Assembly: GCA_965223425.1 (NCBI GenBank) | Contig: OZ245003.1 | Location: 1 to 64,000, forward strand | From: Nitrosopumilus sp. | GTDB taxonomy: Archaea > Thermoproteota > Nitrososphaeria > Nitrososphaerales > Nitrosopumilaceae | DNA length: 64,000 nt | Direction: 5' to 3' | In this document: positions 33,059-43,229 of the stretch, piece by piece | How the letters are laid out: every line of letters starts with the position of its first letter | Numbering within the stretch: the first letter of the stretch is position 1 | Made by a program: the position numbers and the translations under genes | The notes under the pieces: model-generated | The model's database searches: none | The model's input: the letters and a program-made list of their open reading frames with translations, nothing else | What the model was told of the DNA's origin: nothing

Positions 33059-33762
33059 TATGCCAAAACCTCCACTTCTGATGGTTGATCGCCTTCAAAT
33101 GCTCTACCATCTTTTATTGTGATTACCCTATCTACATCACCAAAACTCTCTCTTTCGTGTGTAACTATAATGAATGTCTGATTCAGTTTTTTTGCCATGG
33201 ATTTCATCAATCGTACTATTGTTTCTGAAGTTATTGAATCAAGATTGCCGGTTGGTTCATCAGCTAAAACAATTGAAGGTTTGTTGATTAACCCTCTTGC
33301 AATTGCTACTCTTTGAGCTTGACCACCAGAAATCTTGTTTGCCCGTTTATACATCTGATCTTCTAACCCAACTGCTTTTAGCAGATCTCTGGCATCTTTT
33401 TCAGCAGCATTATCAGTTCCTTCAATTTGTCTGGGCAGCAAAACATTTTCTAAAACTGTGAGATCACTAAGTAAATTAGAAAATTGGAAGATGAATCCAA
33501 GTTTTTTATTTCTAAATGAAGAAATTTTATTGTCATCAAGTGTTGTAGTATCTATTCCATCAATGGAAATCTTTCCATTTGTTGGACGATCCAATAATCC
33601 AATCATGTTAAGTAGCGTAGATTTTCCAGAACCGGAACTTCCAACAATCAGAACAACTTCTCCTTGGTCAATTGAAAATGTAGCACTGTCAAGGGCCTTG
33701 ACTTTGTTTTCTCCTTCACCATAAATCTTAGTTAGATTATTGATTTCAAGTACCCTAGACAG
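33058..33762 (-). CDS. ABC transporter ATP-binding protein (LolD/MacB type)
   Basis: GSSGSGKST, ISGGQAQRVAIAR, ADEPTGNLD; domain starts at LSRVLEI (CTG at 33762); start uncertain. Confidence 0.93.
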   Translation of the reverse strand: MSRVLEINNLTKIYGEGENKVKALDSATFSIDQGEVVLIVGSSGSGKSTLLNMIGLLDRPTNGKISIDGIDTTTLDDNKISSFRNKKLGFIFQFSNLLSDLTVLENVLLPRQIEGTDNAAEKDARDLLKAVGLEDQMYKRANKISGGQAQRVAIARGLINKPSIVLADEPTGNLDSITSETIVRLMKSMAKKLNQTFIIVTHERESFGDVDRVITIKDGRAFEGDQPSEVEVLA

Positions 33763-34942
33763 TTCGCATGGCCTCCACAGGCAGTAGCTTTGTTGCCCTA
33801 TACGACGGATATAGAGAAGCAATAATTGCCAACACAAACGAAGTCAGAGCGGTTTGGGTAATTTTTTCCCAATTGTAGCTAACTTCAAGGGGGAGACTAT
33901 TATTGAATGACATTTTTGTTTCCTTTGCATAAAATGTATAGCCTAACCCTGCTGCAGTCCCCACTCCGGCCCCAATTGCACCAATAATCATCCCTTGGAA
34001 GATAAAAATTATTAGAATATCTTTTCTTTTAGCTCCTATTGCTCTCATAACACCGATTTCTCTAGTTTTTCCATTAACTAACATCATCTGAATTGTAACA
34101 ATAGCAAAAGCTGAAGACATCATTCCAAAGTAGCCAATCATATTGATCATCGCAATACCAGATCTAAAACCAGCAAGTTGTTCTTCTGCTGATTCTTCTA
34201 TAGTTTCTGCAAGAAAATCATCATTGGGAAACGATTGTAAGAAAAATTCTTTTACCTCAGATGCTTTTGAAGGATCATTTAATTTTACCATAAAGGATCC
34301 TGTATCGCCTGGTCTATTCATCATGTCACGTAAAGTATCAATGTGTATAACAGCGGTATAGTCAAATCCTTGACCACCTGGAGATTTTGCAATTCCAGAA
34401 ACAGTAAATCTTCTTATTTCATCTTGACCGTATCTATCAACGATAAGAACCTTAACACTATCACCTACTTCCGCTCCTCCAAGATCTCTTGCTACATTAG
34501 ATCCCAAGACAATAGAATTTCTTGAGAAAACATAGCTTCCTTCTGAAATGGTTTCATGAATAGTAGAGGCTTTAATGTCACGAAATGGATCAACTCCAAC
34601 TACTGGAACTCGAGTTTCTTCAATTAGCTTCCCATTTTTTGTCATATTCACTTCGGCAGTTGACGAAAGCCGCGGTGTCACAGCTTCAACAAATGGAATT
34701 CGCTCAAACCAGTTTACTAATGCCAAATCTGATTTGTCGATGTAATCTGCATCATCAGTTACAAGAAGGTCACCATTTCTATAATCACTGATGTCTCGAA
34801 CTATGGCATCAAAAAGTCCTTGAAATATTACGAAATTTACGTGAATAACTAAAATTCCAATTGTTACAGCTAAAACTGCCCCAATCAAACTACCTTTTTT
34901 GTTGAATAGCATTCTTTTTGCTAATCTTAATCTGTATTCCAC
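33755..34942 (-). CDS. ABC transporter permease (FtsX/MacB type)
   Basis: KTREIGVMRAIGAKRKDI, LYPSYRATKL.PVEAMR. Confidence 0.93.
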   Translation of the reverse strand: MEYRLRLAKRMLFNKKGSLIGAVLAVTIGILVIHVNFVIFQGLFDAIVRDISDYRNGDLLVTDDADYIDKSDLALVNWFERIPFVEAVTPRLSSTAEVNMTKNGKLIEETRVPVVGVDPFRDIKASTIHETISEGSYVFSRNSIVLGSNVARDLGGAEVGDSVKVLIVDRYGQDEIRRFTVSGIAKSPGGQGFDYTAVIHIDTLRDMMNRPGDTGSFMVKLNDPSKASEVKEFFLQSFPNDDFLAETIEESAEEQLAGFRSGIAMINMIGYFGMMSSAFAIVTIQMMLVNGKTREIGVMRAIGAKRKDILIIFIFQGMIIGAIGAGVGTAAGLGYTFYAKETKMSFNNSLPLEVSYNWEKITQTALTSFVLAIIASLYPSYRATKLLPVEAMRTV

Positions 34943-34997
34943 GAAATCGATTAAATAGTCTAATATTTAATGTATATGATATATAGTGCTAATATTC

Positions 34998-35081
34998 TAG
35001 ACAATTTTATATGATATTAGTTGTTTATTTGTTCTAAAAATAACTAATAGATGAGAAAATAGACAATTTTATATGATATTA
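34998..35081. promoter_or_regulatory. 22-bp perfect direct repeat in divergent promoter region
   Basis: TAGACAATTTTATATGATATTA at 34998-35019 and 35060-35081. Confidence 0.7.
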
Positions 35082-35120
35082 ATAACATGTACATTCTAAG
35101 GAGAATCATCAGATCATAAA

Positions 35121-36023
35121 ATGGACAATTTAGATATGAAGATTTTAAGCAGGTTGCTGAACAACTGCAGAGAATCAGATCGACAAATAGGCATAGAATT
35201 AGGAATTTCTGGCGGAGCAGTACGAGCACGAATTCGAAAAATGGAAGAACGAGGGATAATTGAAGAGTTTTTTGTTAAAGTTGAACCACATGTGTTGGGT
35301 TACGGTATTTTGTACATTGTTGTATCAGGCCAAAACATAAACGAAATATTAGAACAGGTCAGTCTTGTAGGTGAACCATATTTTGTAGTTCCGTGTATAG
35401 GTGGAATTACAGTTTGTAGTATTGTTGTAAAAGAGAATCTAGAACAAAAGATCGAACTTGCAAGTAAATTGATGAGAGATGTTAGAGTTTTGTCCATTTT
35501 TGAAGCAAAAAATACGGGATTTAGTTCCAATCTTACAAAAACCGATTTAGAAATTCTAGGAGAATTGATTAGGGAGCCCAGACAGAAAATTGAGAAACTT
35601 GCAAGGAATACTAGCATGTCAACAAAAACAATAACAAGATGTATTGAAAAATTCCATGAAAATGATGGAATTCAATTTACGTTAATTTATAATCCTAAAA
35701 AAATTGAGGATTTTATTCCTCATGTAATACTTACTTTGATAAAAGGAGATCTAAAAAAAACATTAGAAAATCTAAACAATATATTTTCTGAATCATATCT
35801 ACAAATTCCTTTTACTGCAGAAAATCAAATTGTTTTGTTTATGTATAGTGATAGTATTTTTAAAATGGATGAGCTAACACAAAAAGTTAGAACTGTTAAA
35901 AATATAAAATCAGCTGACTTGTTTATTCCAAAAAAACTTTTATTTTATGTCAAATGGATAAAAAAAGCTATTAGCGATTCTAAAAAATCACCAAAACTAC
36001 ATCTGACATATCAAACCAATTAA
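35121..36023 (+). CDS. Tandem Lrp/AsnC family transcriptional regulator
   Basis: Two HTH modules (MDNLDMKIL..RIRKM and LTKTDLEIL..TITR). Confidence 0.88.
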   Translation: MDNLDMKILSRLLNNCRESDRQIGIELGISGGAVRARIRKMEERGIIEEFFVKVEPHVLGYGILYIVVSGQNINEILEQVSLVGEPYFVVPCIGGITVCSIVVKENLEQKIELASKLMRDVRVLSIFEAKNTGFSSNLTKTDLEILGELIREPRQKIEKLARNTSMSTKTITRCIEKFHENDGIQFTLIYNPKKIEDFIPHVILTLIKGDLKKTLENLNNIFSESYLQIPFTAENQIVLFMYSDSIFKMDELTQKVRTVKNIKSADLFIPKKLLFYVKWIKKAISDSKKSPKLHLTYQTN

Positions 36024-36047
36024 ATAATAATAATTTCCAGGGTTTCT

Positions 36048-36563
36048 GTGAACAAAGAGAAGATCTATGAAGGAAAAATTTTAGGTCTTAGTGTTTATGA
36101 TGGAAAAATAGAAGGAAGAAAAGTAAAGCGTGAAATAATAGAACACAGGGGTGCAGCAGCGATGCTTGCTTTTGATGAAGAAAACAAAGTGATTCTTGTT
36201 AAACAGCATAGATTTCCTCACGGATATGTATTAGAGGTTCCTGCTGGAACACTAGAGAAAAGAGAAAAACCGGTAAAATGTGCATTTAGAGAATTAGAAG
36301 AGGAGACAGGATACCGAGCAAAAAAAATGACTCCTCTGGTTACCTATTATCCATCAATTGGGTACAATACAGAAGTGATTCATTGCTTTGTGGCCTCAGG
36401 ATTAAAGAAAATTGCCGATTTAAAACTAGATGAGGACGAGATATTATCAGTAGTAAAAATGGATATCAAAAAGCTACTACAAATGATCAGATCAGGGAAG
36501 ATTCTAGATTCAAAAACAATTTGTGCAGTTTTAACATACGCCAGTAAAAAGAAATTATACTAA
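36048..36563 (+). CDS. NUDIX hydrolase (ADP-ribose pyrophosphatase-like)
   Basis: Nudix box GTLEKREKPVKCAFRELEEETG; KQHRFP. Confidence 0.92.
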   Translation: MNKEKIYEGKILGLSVYDGKIEGRKVKREIIEHRGAAAMLAFDEENKVILVKQHRFPHGYVLEVPAGTLEKREKPVKCAFRELEEETGYRAKKMTPLVTYYPSIGYNTEVIHCFVASGLKKIADLKLDEDEILSVVKMDIKKLLQMIRSGKILDSKTICAVLTYASKKKLY

Positions 36564-37544
36564 TTATTTGTTATAAATAGGCTTTACAAGATCTGCAACA
36601 TCAGCCCAAGATTGAGCTATTCTTTCAAACATATACACCAAATCAAGAAAGTCAATTGGAATTTGTTTTTTATTGCCTAGGGCTACTCTTAGTTTACTTA
36701 GTTTTTCTGCAAATTTTTTGTGTAGTGATATCGCTTCAATTGCTAAAAGCCTATCAGGTTTTGTAAATGCATCGATGGATTTTTCTGCAAGTTTACTAAA
36801 GTCTTTAACTACATCAAAGATTTTTTTAGAATGGTCTTTTGATAAAGATGAGTTAAATATGAAATTTGAAAGTTCTACAATAGAGTCACCTGCATTTTCA
36901 AGTATATTTGCGGCCACCCTATAATCAAGTACATCAATATTTTCTAAATTAAATACATTAGCTAGCCTTCTATCAACAAGTGTACTGCGAATTAGACGCA
37001 CAAGTAAAAAGTATTGCCTGTTTACTTCTACATCGCGATTTGATATTGTTTGCAGGTTTGATTTATCATCTAAAATTAACCCGTTGGATACATCGTCATA
37101 CATGCCAATTGCAAGTGAGCTCATTCGTTTGAGAATTTTTTCTGGATTTAATGTTGTTGCATCTAAAAGAAATTGCATGTTAATATGAGATGCATCTTCT
37201 TCAATGATTTCCATTCCAACAAGCCTTCTCATGGAATTACGAATTTTTTCTCTATCTTCTCCCGGAATAGTTGATTTAGAGTTGATTTCAATTACGTCAT
37301 ATCCTAAGAGATAAGCCCCTGTAATGTCAGCTACGATGTTTTCTTCCTTTGGTAAGGGATAAGAAATTACAAGCTCTTTTGTTGGACGTGTCTCTTTATT
37401 TGCAGATATTGAGATGCTATCATGTCCAGTTTCAAGTTCTACCTGACTACTTTTGTCCAAATTATTTGCATCCACCCACTCTTTTGGCAGAGACACTAGT
37501 ATGCTACTTCCAATTCTTTGTAGGCGTCGAATAAATTTAGTCAA
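36564..37544 (-). CDS. phoU: AbrB-PhoU phosphate uptake regulator
   Basis: RRLQRIGSSILVSLPKEW N-terminus; two PhoU repeats. Confidence 0.9.
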   Translation of the reverse strand: MTKFIRRLQRIGSSILVSLPKEWVDANNLDKSSQVELETGHDSISISANKETRPTKELVISYPLPKEENIVADITGAYLLGYDVIEINSKSTIPGEDREKIRNSMRRLVGMEIIEEDASHINMQFLLDATTLNPEKILKRMSSLAIGMYDDVSNGLILDDKSNLQTISNRDVEVNRQYFLLVRLIRSTLVDRRLANVFNLENIDVLDYRVAANILENAGDSIVELSNFIFNSSLSKDHSKKIFDVVKDFSKLAEKSIDAFTKPDRLLAIEAISLHKKFAEKLSKLRVALGNKKQIPIDFLDLVYMFERIAQSWADVADLVKPIYNK

Positions 37545-37609
37545 TTTATACTAATATAATTAATTTAAGCCATATTCTTATATTTTATGTAAAATTTAAA
37601 CTCAGATCA

Positions 37610-38521
37610 ATGGAGGCAGTAGCATTTTGTCCGGCTCACATTACAGGTTTTTTCAAAGCCCATTTGGATGACAATCAAAATGCATTAGAAGATTTAGGAT
37701 CAATGGGTGCAGGATTCTCAATTAAACAAGGGGTTACAACCAGAGTAAGAGTCAGCGCAAGAGACAATCAAGAATCAAACTTTAGGATTATTACAAGGGG
37801 ATATCAATCAGATAAAACAGATGTTTCAGAATTTGTTTTAAATGAATTTTTGAAACTTGGGGAATTCTCAACAAGGTTTTTTGATATCGAACATGACATA
37901 TCAATTCCGGTTGGATACGGTTTAGGTTCTAGTGGTGCAGCTGCTTTATCATTATCATTTGCATTAGATCAAGCTCTTCAGACAAAATTAGACAAGACAA
38001 GAGTCGGACAAATAGCACATAATGCAGAAGTAAGTTGTAAAACTGGATTGGGTGATATTTTAGCATCATTTTATGGGGGTTTTGAGATTCGTGTAAAACC
38101 TGGCGCTCCAGGAATTGGCAATGTCGAAAAAATTACTACAAACAAAATCTCCATAATTATGATATGTTTTTCTCCAGTTTCTACAAATAAATTCATCAAG
38201 GAACATCTCTCAAAAATTAATGGCCTTGGTGGAAAAATGGTAAATGAGTTATTAGAATCAAAAAGTTACAGACATTTCCAAGACATGTCATTAGAATTTG
38301 CAAAATATGTTGATGTTATGACTCCAAAAATGCAAAAATTGGTAAATGAACTCTCTGAAAATAATATTAAATGTGGAATAGCACTTTTTGGTGAGACAGT
38401 TTTTTCAATGGTTCCAAAAAATGATGAAGAAAAAGTTTTAGAAATTTTAGAAAAATATCCTGGTGGAATAGTAATAAAGTCAGAATTAGACGATGTGGGT
38501 GCAAGAGTCCTTAATAATTAA
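37610..38521 (+). CDS. poK: Pantoate kinase (GHMP family)
   Basis: FCPAHITGFF, PVGYGLGSSGA, AHNAEV..TGLGD. Confidence 0.9.
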   Translation: MEAVAFCPAHITGFFKAHLDDNQNALEDLGSMGAGFSIKQGVTTRVRVSARDNQESNFRIITRGYQSDKTDVSEFVLNEFLKLGEFSTRFFDIEHDISIPVGYGLGSSGAAALSLSFALDQALQTKLDKTRVGQIAHNAEVSCKTGLGDILASFYGGFEIRVKPGAPGIGNVEKITTNKISIIMICFSPVSTNKFIKEHLSKINGLGGKMVNELLESKSYRHFQDMSLEFAKYVDVMTPKMQKLVNELSENNIKCGIALFGETVFSMVPKNDEEKVLEILEKYPGGIVIKSELDDVGARVLNN

Positions 38522-38531
38522 TTGAAATCAG

Positions 38532-39296
38532 ATGCCTTTAATTCCTAAATCACATCCAAGAGCCAAATCACTTTTGATCCGTGAGAAATTAGTAGAGGGA
38601 TTTGACAAGGGATTGGTTGCAAAAGAAGGACTTTTAGCTCAGGGAAGAGGAGAGGCTTTTGATTATTTACTAGGAGAAAAAACCAGAAAAGCTGCAAAAA
38701 AGGCCATCAGGGCAGCAGCAGCGCAATTACTTTTGGCAGATATGCCTGTAATTTCTGTTAATGGCAATATTGTGGCATTGTGTCCAAGACAAATTGTACG
38801 ATTATCAAAACAGATCAGGGCAAAATTAGAGGTAAACCTGTTTTATGCAGATAAAAAGAGAAAACAGGCAATAATTAAGACGTTAAAAGAGAATGGCGCA
38901 GGGAAAGTTTTAGGTACAAATCTTGCAGCATCCACAAGATTATCTGGAATGGATTCTGCTAGAAGAATCGTGGATAAGAACGGGATTTTTGTATCAGATG
39001 TTGTAGTTGTTCCTTTGGAAGATGGAGATAGAACATTGGCACTTAGAAAAGCAGGTAAGATTGTTATCACATTTGATCTAAATCCCCTTTCTAGAACTTC
39101 ACGAACAGCTAACATTACAATTGTTGATAATGTCACACGAGCAGTTGATTTGTTAACTGATGAATCTAAAAAACTATCTAAAAAGAATGAAAAAAGCCTA
39201 AAGAAGATTGTTTCTGATTTTGATAATAAAAAAAATCTTGCAGAAAATGTAATTCAGATAAAAAATAACCTAACAAGGAGGGCTAGAATTGCATAA
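38532..39296 (+). CDS. pps: 4-phosphopantoate--beta-alanine ligase
   Basis: IPKSHPR, GRGEAFDYLLGE, PLEDGDR, DLNPLSRT. Confidence 0.93.
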   Translation: MPLIPKSHPRAKSLLIREKLVEGFDKGLVAKEGLLAQGRGEAFDYLLGEKTRKAAKKAIRAAAAQLLLADMPVISVNGNIVALCPRQIVRLSKQIRAKLEVNLFYADKKRKQAIIKTLKENGAGKVLGTNLAASTRLSGMDSARRIVDKNGIFVSDVVVVPLEDGDRTLALRKAGKIVITFDLNPLSRTSRTANITIVDNVTRAVDLLTDESKKLSKKNEKSLKKIVSDFDNKKNLAENVIQIKNNLTRRARIA

Positions 39297-40131
39297 ATCA
39301 GTCCAAGATATCCTTGATATGAAAAAGGAAGAGAAGAAAATTTCAGTAATTACAAGCTATGATTATACTTTAGCTTCTCTATGTGATAAAGCAGGAATAG
39401 ATGTATTGCTAGTTGGAGACAGTGCAGGAATGGTAATGCTTGGTTATGAAAACACAGTTTCAGTTACAATGGAACAAATGCGTATGTTTACAGAAGCAGT
39501 TAGCAGGGCAAGAAAAAATTCGTTACTAGTATCAGATTTGCCATTTATGTCTTATCAAGCAAGCATTGAGGATGCAATAAGCAATTCTGGCAAACTGATC
39601 AAGGCAGGGGCAGATGCAGTAAAACTTGAAGGAGGTTCAATCATGGCCGAAACAATTGGTGCAATTGTAGATATTGGAATTCCGGTTATGGGACATATTG
39701 GATTTCAACCTCAAACAACAACACTTTCACAAGGATACAAAGTACAAGGAAAAACAAAGGATACTGCAATGAGGTTAATTGAAGATGCAAAAGAGCTTGA
39801 AGAGGCAGGCGTATTTAGCATTGCATTAGAGATGGTCAGTCATGAGGTAGCAGAGATAATCTCCGAAACTGTCAGTGTGCCAACCATTGGAATTGGTTCT
39901 GGAGTAGGCTGTGATGGACAGGTGCTGGTTGTTCATGATTTACTAGGTATGTATGATAAGATAAAGCCAAAGTTTGCAAGGAGATACATGAATTTGTCTG
40001 AAGATATTGTAAAATCCCTTGAAAATTACAAAAACGATGTAGAATCAGGCATGTTTCCAGCAGAAGAAAACTGGTTCTCAATGAATGATGATGATGAACT
40101 AGAGAAGTTACGTGAGCAGATTGGCAGCTAA
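39289..40131 (+). CDS. panB: Ketopantoate hydroxymethyltransferase
   Basis: LVGDSAGM, DLPFMSY, VKLEGG, GIGSG..CDGQVLV. Confidence 0.97.
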   Translation: MHKSVQDILDMKKEEKKISVITSYDYTLASLCDKAGIDVLLVGDSAGMVMLGYENTVSVTMEQMRMFTEAVSRARKNSLLVSDLPFMSYQASIEDAISNSGKLIKAGADAVKLEGGSIMAETIGAIVDIGIPVMGHIGFQPQTTTLSQGYKVQGKTKDTAMRLIEDAKELEEAGVFSIALEMVSHEVAEIISETVSVPTIGIGSGVGCDGQVLVVHDLLGMYDKIKPKFARRYMNLSEDIVKSLENYKNDVESGMFPAEENWFSMNDDDELEKLREQIGS

Positions 40132-41368
40132 GAAAGTGAAAAAAAAGGATCACCCATCATTAGACATTGTCAATTCGTATGGTACAGAACTATCTGGAAA
40201 GAGAATTGTACTTTGTGTTGCAGGAAGTGTTGCAGCATACAAAGCAATTGAGCTTGCACGGTTACTAATGAGACATGGTGCCGATGTTACATGTGTAGCA
40301 AGTAATGCAGTTACTAAATTAATACAACCAGATTATTTCAAATGGGCTACAGGAAATAAAGTAATTACAAAGCTAACAGGCGAGCTTGAACATATAAGAT
40401 TAACAGATTACAATCAGTCAGATCTAGTAATTGTATATCCAGGCACTGCAAACACATTAGGAAAATTGGCAAATGGTATTGACGATACGCCAATTTCTAC
40501 AGTACTTACCGTGGGATTTGGATCAAAGATTCCAATATTGATGTGTCTTGCAATGCATGAATCAATGTATGATAACTTGGCGGTAAGAAAGAACATGGAA
40601 TTTCTAAAAAACAAAATTGAGTTTCTTTCACCTAAGATGATTGAGGGGAAGGCAAAGGCTCCAGAGCCAGAAGATGTTCTAGACTATACTTTAAGAAGGT
40701 TTGGAGCATCACGAATTTTAAAGAATAAAAAAATCCTAGTGACAGCAGGCCCAACAATAGAATATATCGATCCTGTCAGGGTAATTACAAATCTTAGTTC
40801 AGGTAAGACCGGTGTCCTTTTAGCCTCTGAATTAGTTTCAGCTGGGGCAAAAGTCACTATGGTGTATGGCCCTGCAAGTCAGAATCCACCGCAGGGGGCA
40901 AAAATAATCAATGTAACTACAAACAAAGAGATGTTTGATGCTACAAAAAATGAATTAAGGAAAAAATTTGACGTCATAATCATGGCAGCTGCCGCCTCTG
41001 ACTACACTCCTGAAAATAATGCAAAATCAAAGATCAAGAGTGATAAGAAATCACTAACCATTAGGCTCAAAAAAACGCCAAAGATAATAGATTACGTAAG
41101 AAAGTCCCAAAAAGATGCATTGCTGATTGGGTTTAAGGCAGAAACTAATCTATCAAGGAATTCACTTATCAAATCAGCTCAAAAAAAGATGAAGGAAAGC
41201 AAAGCCGACATGATAATTGCAAATGATGTTGGTACAAAGTATCAAAAAAATCCAAACTATAACGAAGTACTAATAGTAAATTCCATAAAAACAATTTCAT
41301 CAGGACGAAAGAAAAAAGAAGATATTGCAAAATTTATCAAAAAAGAAATTGAAAAGAAGCTAAAATGA
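40112..41368 (+). CDS. coaBC: Phosphopantothenoylcysteine decarboxylase/ligase
   Basis: GSVAAYKA, TAGPT.EYIDPVR.ITNLSSGK, AAASDY, GFKAET. Confidence 0.96.
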   Translation: MSRLAAKKVKKKDHPSLDIVNSYGTELSGKRIVLCVAGSVAAYKAIELARLLMRHGADVTCVASNAVTKLIQPDYFKWATGNKVITKLTGELEHIRLTDYNQSDLVIVYPGTANTLGKLANGIDDTPISTVLTVGFGSKIPILMCLAMHESMYDNLAVRKNMEFLKNKIEFLSPKMIEGKAKAPEPEDVLDYTLRRFGASRILKNKKILVTAGPTIEYIDPVRVITNLSSGKTGVLLASELVSAGAKVTMVYGPASQNPPQGAKIINVTTNKEMFDATKNELRKKFDVIIMAAAASDYTPENNAKSKIKSDKKSLTIRLKKTPKIIDYVRKSQKDALLIGFKAETNLSRNSLIKSAQKKMKESKADMIIANDVGTKYQKNPNYNEVLIVNSIKTISSGRKKKEDIAKFIKKEIEKKLK

Positions 41369-41462
41369 AAAATTCTGATCTCAAAAAAACTAATATCACA
41401 ATGCAAAGAAGTCAGAGAAGAGCAAAAAAAGAAACACGCAGGTAACTTTAAGCTATCCAATA

Positions 41463-43142
41463 GTAACTATTCGGATTTGTGGAGTTGTGGGGGATTTATT
41501 TTGACAGACAAATCACGCCCCGTTATATAGTGACAGTTCAAAATCGGCAAAAACGCCGCTCAGCCCCATACATGTGTGCGCGATGTTGCGGCGTTTTAGG
41601 CACAGACACACTTTACTGCCGCAGCTTTGTCCGGACAAGCCATGGGAATCCCGTCGGTTCTGCGGCCGTCAAGGCATTCCAGGATAAAACTGTACGGGTT
41701 TGCACCGCGCATCCTGCATGTGGCGTATATGCTTGCCAGCGTCTCTGTGATGTACATGCCCTTCTCGGATCTGCTGCCGTAGCTGACCTTGCGCATGGTG
41801 GCAAACATCCTCAGGGCCCTCTCGCTTTTGTTGTTGTGGTATTCCACGCCGTGCTCTAGAAACGTCAGCAGCTGATCCCCCTCCCTTTTGAGCCTTTTTG
41901 CGTACCTCCGGCAGTCCGCATCGTCGTATGACTGCCGTGCCAGCGCGTCTATCCTGTCCTGCAGCCTTTGTGTGACGTCTGCTGGAACCGCATTACTGTC
42001 GTACTTTTCCCGTGCGTCTATGGCATCCTTGAGTATGCCGTGCAGTCTCTTGAAGAATGTGGCAAACTCGTTACTGCAGCTCTCCTCCAGGGTCTTGTAC
42101 ATGTCCCTGAAATAGTGCAGCAGGCACTTTTGGTGTAGCAGGCCTACTCCACTCCATGCCAGATACGAGTCCGATATTACAATTCCGTCAAACTCACCTG
42201 CCAGTGCCTCTGCCACCTGCTTGCTGCGCGTCGATGATATGTGGTATATCACGCCGTGCGTGGAGACTAGAACCCATACCCAGTAATGCAGTCCGTTGAG
42301 AAACCATCCGGTCTCGTCCCCGTATATGGCGCGAGCCCTGTGAATCATCCCTGCAAGCAGTCCGTCGTAGACGGGCCTCATCTGGCATGCCGCCTTTTCG
42401 CACATGGAGACCAGCGTTGAACCCGGGATTTGTATCCCGTATATCATGTCAAATAGGTCAGTTATCCTTTCAAACGGTATGCCCATGCAACGCATCAGCA
42501 CTACCTGGGAGATTATCGTGATTCCATACTGAGAGCCGGACAGGGTGCCGGGTATGCGTGCGGAGTGTGACGTTTTACAGTTCCTGCAGTAGCGGCGCGC
42601 CACGCTCCATCTGATGCGGCGCGCCCTGCCGTCCTGTATGTCTGTTATGTCACGGTCGTAATCGGTACTGCTGTCTGCAAGTCTGAGACCGCATCCGGGA
42701 CAATATGAAATGTCTGCGTCCCTGTGATCTGTGACTGGGATGTCAGTCTTCTGTTCCCTGCCGCGCATCCCGGTATTTTTGTCGCTTTTTGGCCGCGGAT
42801 ATTCCTTGAATTTTCTCACATTGTAGCTTCTTGCCTTCCTGGCCGGCTTTTGGGTTGCGGATCCTGTCCTTAGCTGCCTGTTCTCTTCTTCCAGCTGCCT
42901 GATTGTGTCATTTTGCTGCTTGATTGTATCATTTTGCTGCTTGACTTTTTCTTCCAACGACTTTCTCTCTCTTCTCTCCTGATCAAACACTGATTTGAAA
43001 TGCTTAAAGAGATAGTTTGTGTCTTGGTTGTCCCAGTCTACGCGGGTAGGATCAAACTCCGCCGGCATCACATGTGTGTTCTAGCCGTGATCTTTATCTC
43101 TTTCGGCACCCCAAAATTCACTCCAGAAATCCGAATTGTTAC
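41463..43142 (-). mobile_element. IS66-family element (single-ORF type) with 8-bp TSD
   Basis: TIRs GTAACTATTCGGATTT / AAATCCGAATTGTTAC; TSD ATCCAATA at 41455-41462 and 43143-43150. Confidence 0.95.
41596..43071 (-). CDS. IS66 transposase TnpC, intact
   Basis: Coiled coil, CPGC..CRNC Zn finger, GDETGW, SDSY, HQKCLLH, NNKSERALR. Confidence 0.95.
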   Translation of the reverse strand: MMPAEFDPTRVDWDNQDTNYLFKHFKSVFDQERRERKSLEEKVKQQNDTIKQQNDTIRQLEEENRQLRTGSATQKPARKARSYNVRKFKEYPRPKSDKNTGMRGREQKTDIPVTDHRDADISYCPGCGLRLADSSTDYDRDITDIQDGRARRIRWSVARRYCRNCKTSHSARIPGTLSGSQYGITIISQVVLMRCMGIPFERITDLFDMIYGIQIPGSTLVSMCEKAACQMRPVYDGLLAGMIHRARAIYGDETGWFLNGLHYWVWVLVSTHGVIYHISSTRSKQVAEALAGEFDGIVISDSYLAWSGVGLLHQKCLLHYFRDMYKTLEESCSNEFATFFKRLHGILKDAIDAREKYDSNAVPADVTQRLQDRIDALARQSYDDADCRRYAKRLKREGDQLLTFLEHGVEYHNNKSERALRMFATMRKVSYGSRSEKGMYITETLASIYATCRMRGANPYSFILECLDGRRTDGIPMACPDKAAAVKCVCA

Positions 43143-43229
43143 ATCCAATATGCTAAAAGAGATCTAGCATGGATATTTTCATGAAACAGCAAGAACATTA
43201 AAATCAGATTTGAATGATTTTAAAGAAAA

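Noticed and set aside
36048-36563. NUDIX ADP-ribose pyrophosphatase as partner of the ART
   Set aside because: About 25 kb away in core gene context with host composition; no linkage evidence
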